Shown here in pieces: positions 30,799 through 40,805 of a stretch of DNA of 45,307 bases. Position 1 is the stretch's first letter. Every line of letters begins with the position of its first letter. Source of the stretch: an uncultured cyanobacterium (GTDB lineage: Bacteria > Cyanobacteriota > Cyanobacteriia > Leptolyngbyales > Leptolyngbyaceae); the NCBI GenBank assembly GCA_963766075.1, contig CAVYAN010000029.1, positions 1 through 45,307 on the forward strand, read 5' to 3'. The notes under the pieces were generated by a model that saw only the letters and a list, made by a program, of their open reading frames with translations, made no database searches and was not told the origin of the DNA. Position numbers and translations under genes: made by a program.

Positions 30799-31120
30799 GC
30801 TTAATTCTTTGAATTCATTTTTCCCATCTTAGTAGTAACCCAATGATTAAGCATCCTCCAAAAGAGTTAATCATCAGGATGTAACTAGCGGGGTTGCCAC
30901 AGCGCTGTTTTATTCTAAATCTCCACATTTTGTGAATATACGAGAATAAGCCGTTCTAGGCTTCAGGAATTTGAGCCTTCGATGGCTGCAACCGCCTGAA
31001 CGGGTTGCCTAAAGCTAGAAAAAACCCTGACTAAACATGAGGTGTCTTGGGCGATCGCTTTTGATTAAATCCCTTTTTTATAAAAGAGATTTAAATCGAT
31101 AAAAAGCTTCCATCGTATTC

Positions 31121-31894
31121 TCATAGTGCAGTCAATGATTTAATCAGTTCCGCAGACAGATCGGGTTTTAGTTCATGGCGTTTTCTAAACAGAACGCCTG
31201 CCAGAATGTAAATATTTTGAGAGTAGAAAGCTTTTCCATGCTTGCGAAGTTGGGCGATTCTCCACTTCACCTTGGGTTCAGAACTGTAGTATCCAAAACT
31301 CATTGGAGATGTAATAAAATCATCCACTTGATAGCCTTGATTAATTGCATACTCAATGGTCCCAACTGGATCAGAATAGGCGGAAATCATTAGCATAGCG
31401 CTCTCGTAACCCACCGCTAGAAGCTGCTTTGTGATGGCCGAGCCATCAGTTCCCCCATGCAAGTCGGGGATGTACAGATCATTATTGATTGCTGGTAGAT
31501 AAGGTGGATTAGCAATCAAGTAAGTTTCCTTAGATTGGTCGCCTTGCTCAAAATCCCCTTGCTCAAAAAAGGACGTGTTGTGAATCACGTATTTATGGCT
31601 AAGGCGATGATATTCAATTCGCGATCGAGCAACTTCACATGCTTTAGAATTCAATTCATAGCCATTAATTAGGCCATTAAATTGATTCTTTAATAAGCTA
31701 TTGATCACCGGGCTGCCTTCACCTGAGCCAAACTCCACAATAGCAGTGGAATCTTTACAGATATTCAATACCATTCGGTCTAAGCATTGAGAGTAAAATA
31801 GGGATTCTTCAGGGCAAAAGAAAACTTCTTGACGACCCTGATCCGATGGATTGAGTCTAACAACGGGTTGAGGATGCGATAAAGATTGTGTCAT
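31121..31894 (-). CDS. SAM-dependent methyltransferase (left copy)
   Basis: VEFGSGEG motif I; ANPPY N-methyltransferase-type motif. Confidence 0.85.
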   Translation of the reverse strand: MTQSLSHPQPVVRLNPSDQGRQEVFFCPEESLFYSQCLDRMVLNICKDSTAIVEFGSGEGSPVINSLLKNQFNGLINGYELNSKACEVARSRIEYHRLSHKYVIHNTSFFEQGDFEQGDQSKETYLIANPPYLPAINNDLYIPDLHGGTDGSAITKQLLAVGYESAMLMISAYSDPVGTIEYAINQGYQVDDFITSPMSFGYYSSEPKVKWRIAQLRKHGKAFYSQNIYILAGVLFRKRHELKPDLSAELIKSLTAL

Positions 31895-31923
31895 GTCACG
31901 CTCATCGATTACGGGTTAGGCGA

Positions 31924-32671
31924 TTACTGTTTGGTAAATATCCATTCCACACTTTTAACTGGGGCTTGCTTAAAAGCCATTGTCAAGGCATCATCGCTTT
32001 CACATTTCAGTTGCGATAAATGGGCGGAATCGACATTCACTGGTACATTAATCTGTTTCAAAGGGTCAAGGATGGAGTTAAATGTCGATTTTCTACCTGA
32101 TGGATATTGTAGCGCTGCTGGTCGATAAGGGGCAATTTCCAAGACTCTGGCCATCTTCAGGGACTTGCTGCTGGGCCAGAATTAGGGATAGACGATGGCA
32201 TTAAGTGCATAACTAGTGCATAAACTGACAGCTGCGTTCGCATCATCCTGTGTCACACCCTATCCCTGTCGCCACTGCTCTTGATTCTGTACTTGAGTCT
32301 CTAAAAAAATGTGCGAATTTTGGAGAGATTTTTATTATTCTGACCCAGAAAAAGCATGCATAGAGGTCAATAAGGCACCCACCGACTACTGCGATAACGC
32401 GAATCCTCAATGTGCTTTTTGAGCGCGTTTAACGATTCGTCAGGCGACGATTTTGAGAGGGTAAAGTTGTTTAGGGGTGCGCCACTTTCAGTTAAGTGAC
32501 TCCCTTTCCATTCTTTCTCTAGATCATCATGATGCGAAATTGCAGCCAACGTTTCGTGAAGGAGATCGGGAGCATTCGTCCGGTGCCAGTGCCCGCCAAT
32601 TGGGCTGCAAGTAGTGCATGGGCGCGATGGTAGATCACATCGCATCCATCTTGAGTCAGATTGATGATCAT
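31924..32671 (-). pseudogene. DUF3891-like protein, degraded (left copy)
   Basis: HRAHALLAAQL, AISHHDD, GAPL.F fragments in several frames. Confidence 0.65.
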
Positions 32672-32684
32672 AGATTTTATCTGA

Positions 32685-33773
32685 TTAAGAGCGGGAACGT
32701 TGAATAAGTGCAATAACGGCAGCCGCAGCGCGATCGCCGATCAATTTTTCTTGGTCGTAGCCGAGGACTAATTCCCAAGCCTGATCGGGATACTGCTCGG
32801 CCAACGGGAAGGCAACCTCTGTGAGCATCCACTGCCCATGGCGTTCATCTTCCCGGATGTGCAATTCCCAATAGCCCATGGCAGCCTCGGAAAGGTGTAA
32901 GCGTTCTGCGGCCATTCGGTAGTCTGTGTAAATGGCTGGCCCAGCGATTTCAAAATACGTCAAGCCACCGTTGTAGCGCAGAAAATGGCGTCTGCGTTCA
33001 GTCAATAAGAAGTTGTGGTTGATGCTAGCCAAGACTTGCCAGGGTACCTGGTCGAAATAGGCTTCTGGCTCCGTCTTGAGACCTAATTCCGCCATCATCT
33101 GGGCAAAGAACGTGGAGTGCTTGCGCGCCAGCCGACCATTGCCATATTCTTCCAGCAATACCCGAATTAAGGTGGCTTGAATTTCGTTACTGGCACCGCC
33201 CAAAATGCGAGAAAGGCGACTCGCTTCAACGAGGCCATCCAAGGAGGCGATCGCTAAGAGCAATCGATAGCCCTCCAAGCTCATGTCTTCTCGTAGATAG
33301 CGTTTTGTCTTCGATATCGGCGGATTTAAGTCTAGATCAGCACGTTCCTGCAAAGCGGGTTTAACCCCTAAATTCTGGATTTTTTCAACCTCCAGTTGGG
33401 TCAATTCCCAAGCCTGCCAGACCGACTCAATGCGATCGCGGACCCCCGCCACGTAAAAAGATCGCTCATTGGTATATTCTTCTAGAGCGTCGTACCAAAA
33501 TAAATTCAGCCGATTAATCCGATACAGCAACCGCTGTAAAAATTGGTTGGCTGGCTCAATCTGTGGATTTTCAGTGTACGCCTCGCTTAAGGCCAAGGCG
33601 AGACAGGCTTCAAAACTACTGATTAGTTCAGGATATTTTTTGACCTGCATGTCTAAATCTTCCAACATGAGCAATGCATTGAATTGCTGTTCTGCCTCTT
33701 CATAGCTGTAGTGTGGATCACCAGAACGGATCACTCCAGGCAATGAAGTATCGAGTCGGGTCTGAATTAGCAT
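32685..33773 (-). CDS. Heme-oxygenase-like diiron (iron-containing redox) enzyme, intact left copy
   Basis: EEYGNG...KHS, YFE, HIREDERH metal-ligand pattern. Confidence 0.85.
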   Translation of the reverse strand: MLIQTRLDTSLPGVIRSGDPHYSYEEAEQQFNALLMLEDLDMQVKKYPELISSFEACLALALSEAYTENPQIEPANQFLQRLLYRINRLNLFWYDALEEYTNERSFYVAGVRDRIESVWQAWELTQLEVEKIQNLGVKPALQERADLDLNPPISKTKRYLREDMSLEGYRLLLAIASLDGLVEASRLSRILGGASNEIQATLIRVLLEEYGNGRLARKHSTFFAQMMAELGLKTEPEAYFDQVPWQVLASINHNFLLTERRRHFLRYNGGLTYFEIAGPAIYTDYRMAAERLHLSEAAMGYWELHIREDERHGQWMLTEVAFPLAEQYPDQAWELVLGYDQEKLIGDRAAAAVIALIQRSRS

Positions 33774-33832
33774 GGTCCATTACCAGGTTTTGGAGAACAG
33801 AGTTATGAATGGCACTTTGGTAATAAGCGCGT

Positions 33833-35380
33833 TTATAGGGCATGCACCGTCAAGTCTTTAACGGCTGGGCCATCCAGCACTGCACCATCGCAGTCGAAAC
33901 GGGAACCGTGACACGGGCAATCCCAACTTTTTTCAGCACTGTTCCAGGCCACAATGCAGCCCAAGTGAGGACACACCGCAGAAACAGCGTGAACTGCGCC
34001 CTGCTCATCCCGATAGGCCGCTAGCTTTTCTCCTTCTATCGTCACGAGCTTGCCTTCACCTACGCCCACATCGGAAAAGTCTGGCGTAGCCAATCCTTTC
34101 AGGCGATCGCCCACCCAATGCATCCCCACGCTCACCGTTTGCTGAACGCCGCCGGGAGTCATAAACGGGGTCGCCCGCGTTGCGTCATACAAAGCAGCCC
34201 AAGGATTCTCGATGCCCAAGATTGAATCTGAGAGTAGCATTCCAGACAAGGTTCCGTTCGTCATCCCCCACAGGCTAAACCCAGTAGCCACAAAAACATG
34301 ATGGCTAAACGGCGTAAGCTTACCAATGTAGGGCAGTTGGTCAAAGGACACCATATCCTGGGTTGACCAGCGATAGTCAAACGTATCTAAGCCAAAACGC
34401 GCCCGCGCAAAGTCCTCGACCTTTTGGTATTGGGCTTCAGTATCAGTAACCTCGCCCACCTTATGCCCGCCGCCCCCGACGAGCAACAGTAGCCCATCGC
34501 GATCAGGCGTTGTCCGAATCGAGAAATAGCCCTGGCCACTGCCAATAAACATGCCTTCGGGAGCGCGATCAGGATCAATACGTGCCCCAACCATATAAGA
34601 CCGCTTGGGATGGGTTTTAGCGAAAAACAGGCCACTGTCCAAAATAGGCAGATGGGTTGTGATCACAACATCCTGGGCAGTCACGGTATGGCTATCCGTG
34701 ATCACACGGGAAGCAGTTGCTTCTTCATGCACTTTTAAGACGCGGGTCTCTTCAAACACAGCACTGCCATCACCTTGAATACACTGGGCTAAATGCAGTA
34801 AGTATTTGCGAGGATGAAATTGGGCTTGATGATCGAACCGGACCGCTCCCGCAATCGCAAAGGGCAACGACGTCTCCTGCACAAAGCTAGCGGGCAATCC
34901 CAGTTCAAGAGCGGCAGCCACCTCCGCCTCGATTTTTTTCAACCCCGATTCCGACTCCGTAAACGTATAGGCACTGCGACGGCTAAAGTCACAGTCAATC
35001 TTCTCCTCCTGCACAAAGTTAGCGATCCGTTCTAGGGCAGCCTGATTGGATTCGGCATAGACTCGCGCTTTGTTGGAGCCCAGATTGTGGAGCAGATCCG
35101 CGTAAATCAATTGATGCAGAGAGGTAACTTTAGCGGTTGTATGACCGCTTGCGCCTGTGACGATTTTTCTGGATTCAAGCACAGCTACTGTTTTGCCTGC
35201 TCTTTTCAGCAGCATGGCAGCCGTAAGCCCCGCAATGCCACCACCAACAATGGCCACATCGACAACAACATCCTGCGTCAGGCGGGGAAACTTCGTTTCG
35301 GGAGTTGAGTCAATCCAAAAGGAAATGGGTTTCCCCGTTAAAGCATGCATGGGTATTTTCGAGGGATTGAGATAGGACAA
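33833..35380 (-). CDS. FAD-dependent oxidoreductase with C-terminal Rieske domain (YhfW-like), left copy
   Basis: GGGIAG; CPHLGC...WDCPCHGSRF. Confidence 0.92.
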   Translation of the reverse strand: MSYLNPSKIPMHALTGKPISFWIDSTPETKFPRLTQDVVVDVAIVGGGIAGLTAAMLLKRAGKTVAVLESRKIVTGASGHTTAKVTSLHQLIYADLLHNLGSNKARVYAESNQAALERIANFVQEEKIDCDFSRRSAYTFTESESGLKKIEAEVAAALELGLPASFVQETSLPFAIAGAVRFDHQAQFHPRKYLLHLAQCIQGDGSAVFEETRVLKVHEEATASRVITDSHTVTAQDVVITTHLPILDSGLFFAKTHPKRSYMVGARIDPDRAPEGMFIGSGQGYFSIRTTPDRDGLLLLVGGGGHKVGEVTDTEAQYQKVEDFARARFGLDTFDYRWSTQDMVSFDQLPYIGKLTPFSHHVFVATGFSLWGMTNGTLSGMLLSDSILGIENPWAALYDATRATPFMTPGGVQQTVSVGMHWVGDRLKGLATPDFSDVGVGEGKLVTIEGEKLAAYRDEQGAVHAVSAVCPHLGCIVAWNSAEKSWDCPCHGSRFDCDGAVLDGPAVKDLTVHAL

Positions 35381-35416
35381 CTAAGATGGGGTAATTGAGA
35401 TTCGGTTTAGCCTCAC

Positions 35417-36095
35417 TTAATCGCGATCGGCATAGCCAACTTTAGGATGACGAAAACCAGCAACCGATCCGATTAAAGCCGCACCCAAGCCAAAGAGAGA
35501 CCCCAGCACAAACGACCAACTGACTTTGGCAGCATTGCCTGCTAAATCGCGGGTTTGTTGGGCTGTGATACTAGGAACATTGCTGGGAATAGTTTGAGGC
35601 GTTGTGGTGCCGGGAACATTTCCTGGAGCCGCAGTCCCAGGGATGACTTGCGGGGCCTGATTGATCAAGCTGCCCGCGTTAGCCGCCGCCACACCAAAGG
35701 CTCCGGTCACACCACTGGACAGCAACCAAGCGCTCAGCGTCAACATGGATGCCCACAAAATCGCCCCATTCAATAGCGTTATATTCCGGCTGATGCGGCC
35801 AGAGGTCCGGGCGACGATCCAACCGCCTACAAACAGTGACACTAGTAAACTAATGATGGCCCGAATACCAATGTTGATGCCCACACCAAGGAGCTTCAGA
35901 ACGCGGGGCCTCCGAGCCGCCGATGCTGGACAGTCCGATCGCCGCACCCAAGGCACTCAAGACGAGCTGCGTGCTCAAGGCGACTACCAGTCCCGCCACA
36001 ATCGGTCCCCACCGGACTTGATCATGGTAGTTGGCTACGGTCACAGCCGTTGTGCGATTGCCCGTATAGTCAAGGGGTCTGTTCAAAGATGTCAT
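35417..36095 (-). pseudogene. Membrane protein, left copy frameshifted near 35888
   Basis: Mirror of 40092-40769 with one extra base. Confidence 0.75.
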
Positions 36096-36168
36096 GATAA
36101 TCCTCCAAAAATTGTAATGAGAACGTAATCTGTGATTGTGTAAGCCAACGCTAAACGCCAATGGATAG

Positions 36169-36549
36169 TCACTCTTTTGAGTCATTACCCAGCTTGGAAA
36201 ACTTCTTCTCGAGCTTCTTTAATTCCTGCTCGGAATCATCTTCCACATCGATAATTTCATAATGGGCAGAATCAATGGCTCGGATCAGTTCATCTAATTT
36301 GATTTGCACCGCTTTGGCATCCCGATTTTGCGAGTTCTGAATGAGGAAGACCATCAAAAATGTCACAATGGTTGTTCCAGTATTAATGACCAATTGCCAC
36401 GTATCAGAAAACTTAAAAATCGGACCTGTGATTGCCCAAATAATAATCACAGTGACAGCCAAAATCGACGCTAAGGGAGAGCCGACCGCTTCAGAAGTCC
36501 TGCGAGCTAGCTTGTAGAATAAGCCTTGGTGTGGGCGCTGGTTTCGCAC
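36169..36549 (-). CDS. Low-affinity iron permease (Fet4-like), left copy
   Basis: FSDTWQLVINTGTTIVTFLMVFLIQNSQNRD..A.Q.KLDELI. Confidence 0.9.
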   Translation of the reverse strand: MRNQRPHQGLFYKLARRTSEAVGSPLASILAVTVIIIWAITGPIFKFSDTWQLVINTGTTIVTFLMVFLIQNSQNRDAKAVQIKLDELIRAIDSAHYEIIDVEDDSEQELKKLEKKFSKLGNDSKE

Positions 36550-36582
36550 TAAATTAGATTTCCTTAGAAAAAATGAGCCTTT

Positions 36583-36780
36583 TTATTCACCCACGGGTAC
36601 AACCATTCCGGGCATGGGAGCCGTATCCGGTTCAAAGTCAGTCTTTTTAGCACCACAAGTGGGGCATACCCAATCATCAGGCAGTGCTTCAAAGGGCAGG
36701 CCAGGGGCAATGCCCGAATCTGGATCGCCAACCGTGGGATCGTAAACATGCCCACACACTTTGCAGATATACTTTTGCAT
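36583..36780 (-). CDS. Rubredoxin, left copy
   Basis: [12 protein letters not shown]...[11 protein letters not shown]. Confidence 0.95.
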   Translation of the reverse strand: MQKYICKVCGHVYDPTVGDPDSGIAPGLPFEALPDDWVCPTCGAKKTDFEPDTAPMPGMVVPVGE

Positions 36781-36860
36781 TTTTGATTCCTAGAGGCTAT
36801 CGGGTAAGGGGCAGCCGTCAGAGCATGGACGTCCATGCTCTAACAGGCATGAATCGGTGA

Positions 36861-37205
36861 TTACTCGCTCTTCATTTTTTTGAGTGCCTTTTCAGCTTGC
36901 TTAACGACGGGCAGTTCCGCGTTGTTCAGAACGCTTCATTTTTTCACTGTCGGCGTTCCCTTGTACTTCATTCAATTTTCCCTTGGAGCGCTCTACGACG
37001 GCTTCCAGCGACATTGGTGGAGAATCAATGGCCTCCTGAGTCTTTTGTTCAATCTTGTCTAGCTGAAATAGTTCCTTTAGTGGGGCACTACTTAGCGCAA
37101 AAGCTGGAAAACCACTCGCAAAAAACAGCACCGTAGCGAGCACCTAAATAATAACAACTTTTTCAAAAACTCAAGCGAGAGAGCCACGCAGAAACATATT
37201 TTCAT
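36861..37205 (-). pseudogene. Secreted hypothetical protein, left copy with several indels
   Basis: Mirror of 38985-39326. Confidence 0.7.
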
Positions 37206-37299
37206 ATCAAAATCCTCTGAAATAATAAACTACAAAATTTACGCATGCACGGTTCACAGACTATGCTCACGCAGGAGGTTTATATTATGATTTAGAGAT

Positions 37300-37566
37300 T
37301 TAGGCGCTGCGACTAGACAGTAAGCCACAGAAAAATTGCGATGATCGCGCCCAAAACGGCGATAAACACACCGGGAATGCTCAAACCGGGTGCAGCCAAT
37401 CGCAATGTCCCTGTTTGCAGGAACGTGTGCAAAGAGCCGCCAATAAAAGCACCAACAACACCTAACACCATCGTTGAAAGCCAACCTCCGCCTTGATGGC
37501 CGGGGACAATGGCCTTGGCGATCGCCCAGTAGCAACCCCAAAAATTATCCAAGCAATGATGTTCAT
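37300..37566 (-). pseudogene. GlsB/YeaQ/YmgE-family membrane protein, left copy with indels
   Basis: Mirror of 38619-38888. Confidence 0.75.
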
Positions 37567-37814
37567 GGCCCGTTCCTCGTAATTTGATGACCTTAGTAAC
37601 CTATCAGTCACACACCCGAGTTCTCTTCTCTCAAAGGGATGAACTGTCGGTATCCAGTGGGGCATCAATAGAGGGAGGCTAAGCACAAAGCCGTTCTCTA
37701 TTCATGACATTCAGTCACACTCAATCTATTGATTTCTAGAAAATACTTAGGTCATCGTCCAGGTCATATTAACCCAGCAAGGGTTGTTCAGGTACCGGGT
37801 TATCCTGCGGGAGG

Positions 37815-37927
37815 CAGCTACGACTACGCTTAACCCTCATTGTCCCAGTGGGCTTAAGCGTAGTTCCGGCTGAGCGTAGTTCCGGCTGAGCGTAGTTCCA
37901 GTGGGCTGAGCGTAGCCGAAGCCCACG
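37815..37927. repeat. Cluster of short repeats (GGCTGAGCGTAGTTCC units), left copy
   Basis: Three or four tandem units ending in GGGCTGAGCGTAGCCGAAGCCC. Confidence 0.8.
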
Positions 37928-38261
37928 ACAGACTACCAATGCCAGATCTTTGTTTGCCAAGTGAATAGCCGGGGTGAAAATCCGCTTCACAAGTGAGATA
38001 ACGTTCTGAGTTGCCAATAAAAATTTTCCGCCATCAAGCCACCTGCCCCCTTGCAATCAGAGTGGCAGACACGGGGTTGATTTCGGGTATGAATTGATTA
38101 CCCGAAATCAACCCCGTGTCTGCCACTCTGATTGCAAGGGGGCAGGTGGCTTGATGGCGGAAAATTTTTATTGGCAACTCAGAACGTTATCTCGCTTGTG
38201 AAGCGGATTTTCACCCCGGCTATTCACTTGGCAAACAAAGATCTGGCATTGGTAGCCTGTC

Positions 38262-38372
38262 GTGGGCTTCGACTACGCTCAGCCCACTGGAACTAGCTCA
38301 CCGGAACTACGCTCAGCCGGAACTACGCTTAAGCCCACTGGGACAATGAGGGTTGAGCGTAGTCGTAGCTGC
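38262..38372. repeat. Cluster of short repeats, right copy
   Basis: GGGCTTCGACTACGCTCAGCCC and GGAACTACGCTCAGCC units. Confidence 0.8.
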
Positions 38373-38618
38373 CTCCCGCAGGATAACCCGGTACATGAAC
38401 AACCCTTGCTGGGTTAATATGACCTGGACGATGACCTAAGTATTTTCTAGAAATCAATAGATTTGGTGTGACTGAATGTCATGAATAGAGAACGGCTTTG
38501 TGCTTAGCCTCCCTCTATTGATGCCCACTGGATACCGACAGTTCATCCCTTTGAGAGAAGAGAACTCGGGTGTGTGACTGATAGGTTACTAAGGTCATCA
38601 AATTACGAGGAACGGGCC

Positions 38619-38888
38619 ATGAACATCATTGCTTGGATAATTTTGGGGTTGCTAGCTGGGGCGATCGCCAAGGCCATTGTCCCCGGCCATCAAGGCGGAG
38701 GTTGGCTTTCAACGATGGTGTTAGGTGTTGTGGGTGCTTTTATTGGCGGCTCTTTGCACACGTTATTGCAGACAGGGACGTTGCAATTAGCTGCACCCGG
38801 TTTGAGCATTCCCGGTGTGTTTATCGCCGTTTTGGGCGCGATCATCGCAATTTTTCTGTATGGCTTACTGTCTAGTCGCAGCGCCTAA
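38619..38888 (+). CDS. GlsB/YeaQ/YmgE-family stress-response membrane protein
   Basis: MNIIAWIILGLLAGAIAKAIVPG...LGVVGAFIGG. Confidence 0.9.
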   Translation: MNIIAWIILGLLAGAIAKAIVPGHQGGGWLSTMVLGVVGAFIGGSLHTLLQTGTLQLAAPGLSIPGVFIAVLGAIIAIFLYGLLSSRSA

Positions 38889-38984
38889 ATCTGCCTAAAT
38901 CGTAGTCTGTGAACCATGCATGAGCATAGTCTGTGAACCGTGCATGCGTAAATTTTGTAGTTTATTATTTCAGAGGATTTTGAT

Positions 38985-39326
38985 ATGAAATATGTTTCTG
39001 CGTGGCTCTCTCGCTTGAGTTTTGAAAAAGTACTTCTGTCTACGGTGCTCGCTACGGTGCTATTTTTTGCGAGTGGCTTTCCAGCCTTTGCCGCTAAGAG
39101 TGCTCCCACTAAAGGAACTGTTCAGCTAGACAAGATTGAACAAAAGACCCAGGAGGCAATTGATTCTCCACCGATGTCGCTGGAAGCCGTCGTAGAGCGC
39201 TCCAAGGGAAAATTGAATGAAGTGCAAGGGAACGCCGACAGTGAAAAAATGAAGCGTTCTGACAACGCGGAACTGCCCGTCGTTAAGCAAGCTGAAAAGG
39301 CACTCAAAAAAATGAAGAGCGAGTAA
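38985..39326 (+). CDS. Secreted hypothetical protein
   Basis: Signal peptide ending PAFA; LNEVQG.AD.EKM motif; GAGG RBS. Confidence 0.75.
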   Translation: MKYVSAWLSRLSFEKVLLSTVLATVLFFASGFPAFAAKSAPTKGTVQLDKIEQKTQEAIDSPPMSLEAVVERSKGKLNEVQGNADSEKMKRSDNAELPVVKQAEKALKKMKSE

Positions 39327-39406
39327 TCACCGATTCATGCCCGTTAGAGCATGGACGTCCATGCTCTAACGGCTGCCCCTTACCCGATAGCCTCTAGGAA
39401 TCAAAA

Positions 39407-39604
39407 ATGCAAAAGTATATCTGCAAAGTGTGTGGGCATGTTTACGATCCCACGGTTGGCGATCCAGATTCGGGCATTGCCCCTGGCCTGCCCTTTGAAG
39501 CACTGCCTGATGATTGGGTATGCCCCACTTGTGGTGCTAAAAAAACTGACTTTGAACCGGATACGGCTCCCATGCCCGGAATGGTTGTACCCGTGGGTGA
39601 ATAA
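39407..39604 (+). CDS. Rubredoxin, right copy
   Basis: Two CxxCG motifs. Confidence 0.95.
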   Translation: MQKYICKVCGHVYDPTVGDPDSGIAPGLPFEALPDDWVCPTCGAKKTDFEPDTAPMPGMVVPVGE

Positions 39605-39637
39605 AAAGGCTCATTTTTTCTAAGGAAATCTAATTTA

Positions 39638-40018
39638 GTGCGAAACCAGCGCCCACACCAAGGCTTATTCTACAAGCTAGCTCGCAGGACTTCTGAAGCG
39701 GTCGGCTCTCCCTTAGCGTCGATTTTGGCTGTCACTGTGATTATTATTTGGGCAATCACAGGTCCGATTTTTAAGTTTTCTGATACGTGGCAATTGGTCA
39801 TTAATACTGGAACAACCATTGTGACATTTTTGATGGTCTTCCTCATTCAGAATTCGCAAAATCGGGATGCCAAAGCGGTGCAAATCAAGTTAGATGAACT
39901 GATCCGAGCCATTGATTCTGCCCATGATGAAATTATCGATGTGGAAGATGATTCCGAGCAGGAATTAAAGAAGCTCGAGAAGAAGTTTTCCAAGCTGGGT
40001 AATAACTCAAGAGAGTGA
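39638..40018 (+). CDS. Low-affinity iron permease (Fet4-like), right copy
   Basis: Same motif as the left copy. Confidence 0.9.
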   Translation: MRNQRPHQGLFYKLARRTSEAVGSPLASILAVTVIIIWAITGPIFKFSDTWQLVINTGTTIVTFLMVFLIQNSQNRDAKAVQIKLDELIRAIDSAHDEIIDVEDDSEQELKKLEKKFSKLGNNSRE

Positions 40019-40091
40019 CTATCCATTTAGGTTTAGCGTTGGCTTACGCAATCACAGATTACGTTCTCATTACAATTTTTGGAGGATTATC

Positions 40092-40769
40092 ATGACATCT
40101 TTGAACAGACCCCTTGACTATACGGGCGATCGCACAACGGCTGTGACCGTAGCCAACTACCATGATCAAGTCCGGTGGGGACCGATTGTGGCGGGACTGG
40201 TAGTCGCCTTGAGCACGCAGCTCGTCTTGAGTGCCTTGGGTGCGGCGATCGGACTGTCCAGCATCGGCGGCTCGGAGGCCCCGCGTTCTGAAGCTCCTGG
40301 TGTGGGCATCAACATTGGTATTTGGGCCATCATTAGTTTACTAGTGTCACTGTTTGTAGGCGGTTGGATCGTCGCCCGGACCTCTGGCCGCATCAGCCGG
40401 AATATAACGCTATTGAATGGGGCGATTTTGTGGGCATCCATGTTGACGCTGAGCGCTTGGTTGCTGTCCAGTGGTGTGACCGGAGCCTTTGGTGTGGCGG
40501 CGGCTAACGCGGGCAGCTTGATCAATCAGGCCCCGCAAGTCATCCCTGGGACTGCGGCTCCAGGAAATGTTCCCGGCACCACAACGCCTCAAACTATTCC
40601 CAGCACTGTTCCTAGTATCACAGCCCAACAAACCCGCGATTTAGCAGGCAATGCTGCCAAAGTCAGTTGGTCGTTTGTGCTGGGGTCTCTCTTTGGCTTG
40701 GGTGCGGCTTTAATCGGATCGGTTGCTGGTTTTCGTCATCCTAAAGTTGGCTATGCCGATCGCGATTAA
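40092..40769 (+). CDS. Multi-pass membrane protein
   Basis: 225 aa, VRWGPIVAG, four or five hydrophobic helices; GGAGG RBS. Confidence 0.8.
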   Translation: MTSLNRPLDYTGDRTTAVTVANYHDQVRWGPIVAGLVVALSTQLVLSALGAAIGLSSIGGSEAPRSEAPGVGINIGIWAIISLLVSLFVGGWIVARTSGRISRNITLLNGAILWASMLTLSAWLLSSGVTGAFGVAAANAGSLINQAPQVIPGTAAPGNVPGTTTPQTIPSTVPSITAQQTRDLAGNAAKVSWSFVLGSLFGLGAALIGSVAGFRHPKVGYADRD

Positions 40770-40805
40770 GTGAGGCTAAACCGAATCTCAATTACCCCAT
40801 CTTAG

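Noticed and set aside
37815..37927. Possible CRISPR or iteron array
   Set aside because: No spacers and no adjacent rep or cas gene; matches dispersed short repeats.
37769..38056. 95-aa ORF beside the apex
   Set aside because: Runs through the repeat cluster, is not preserved in the mirror arm, and has no recognisable motif.
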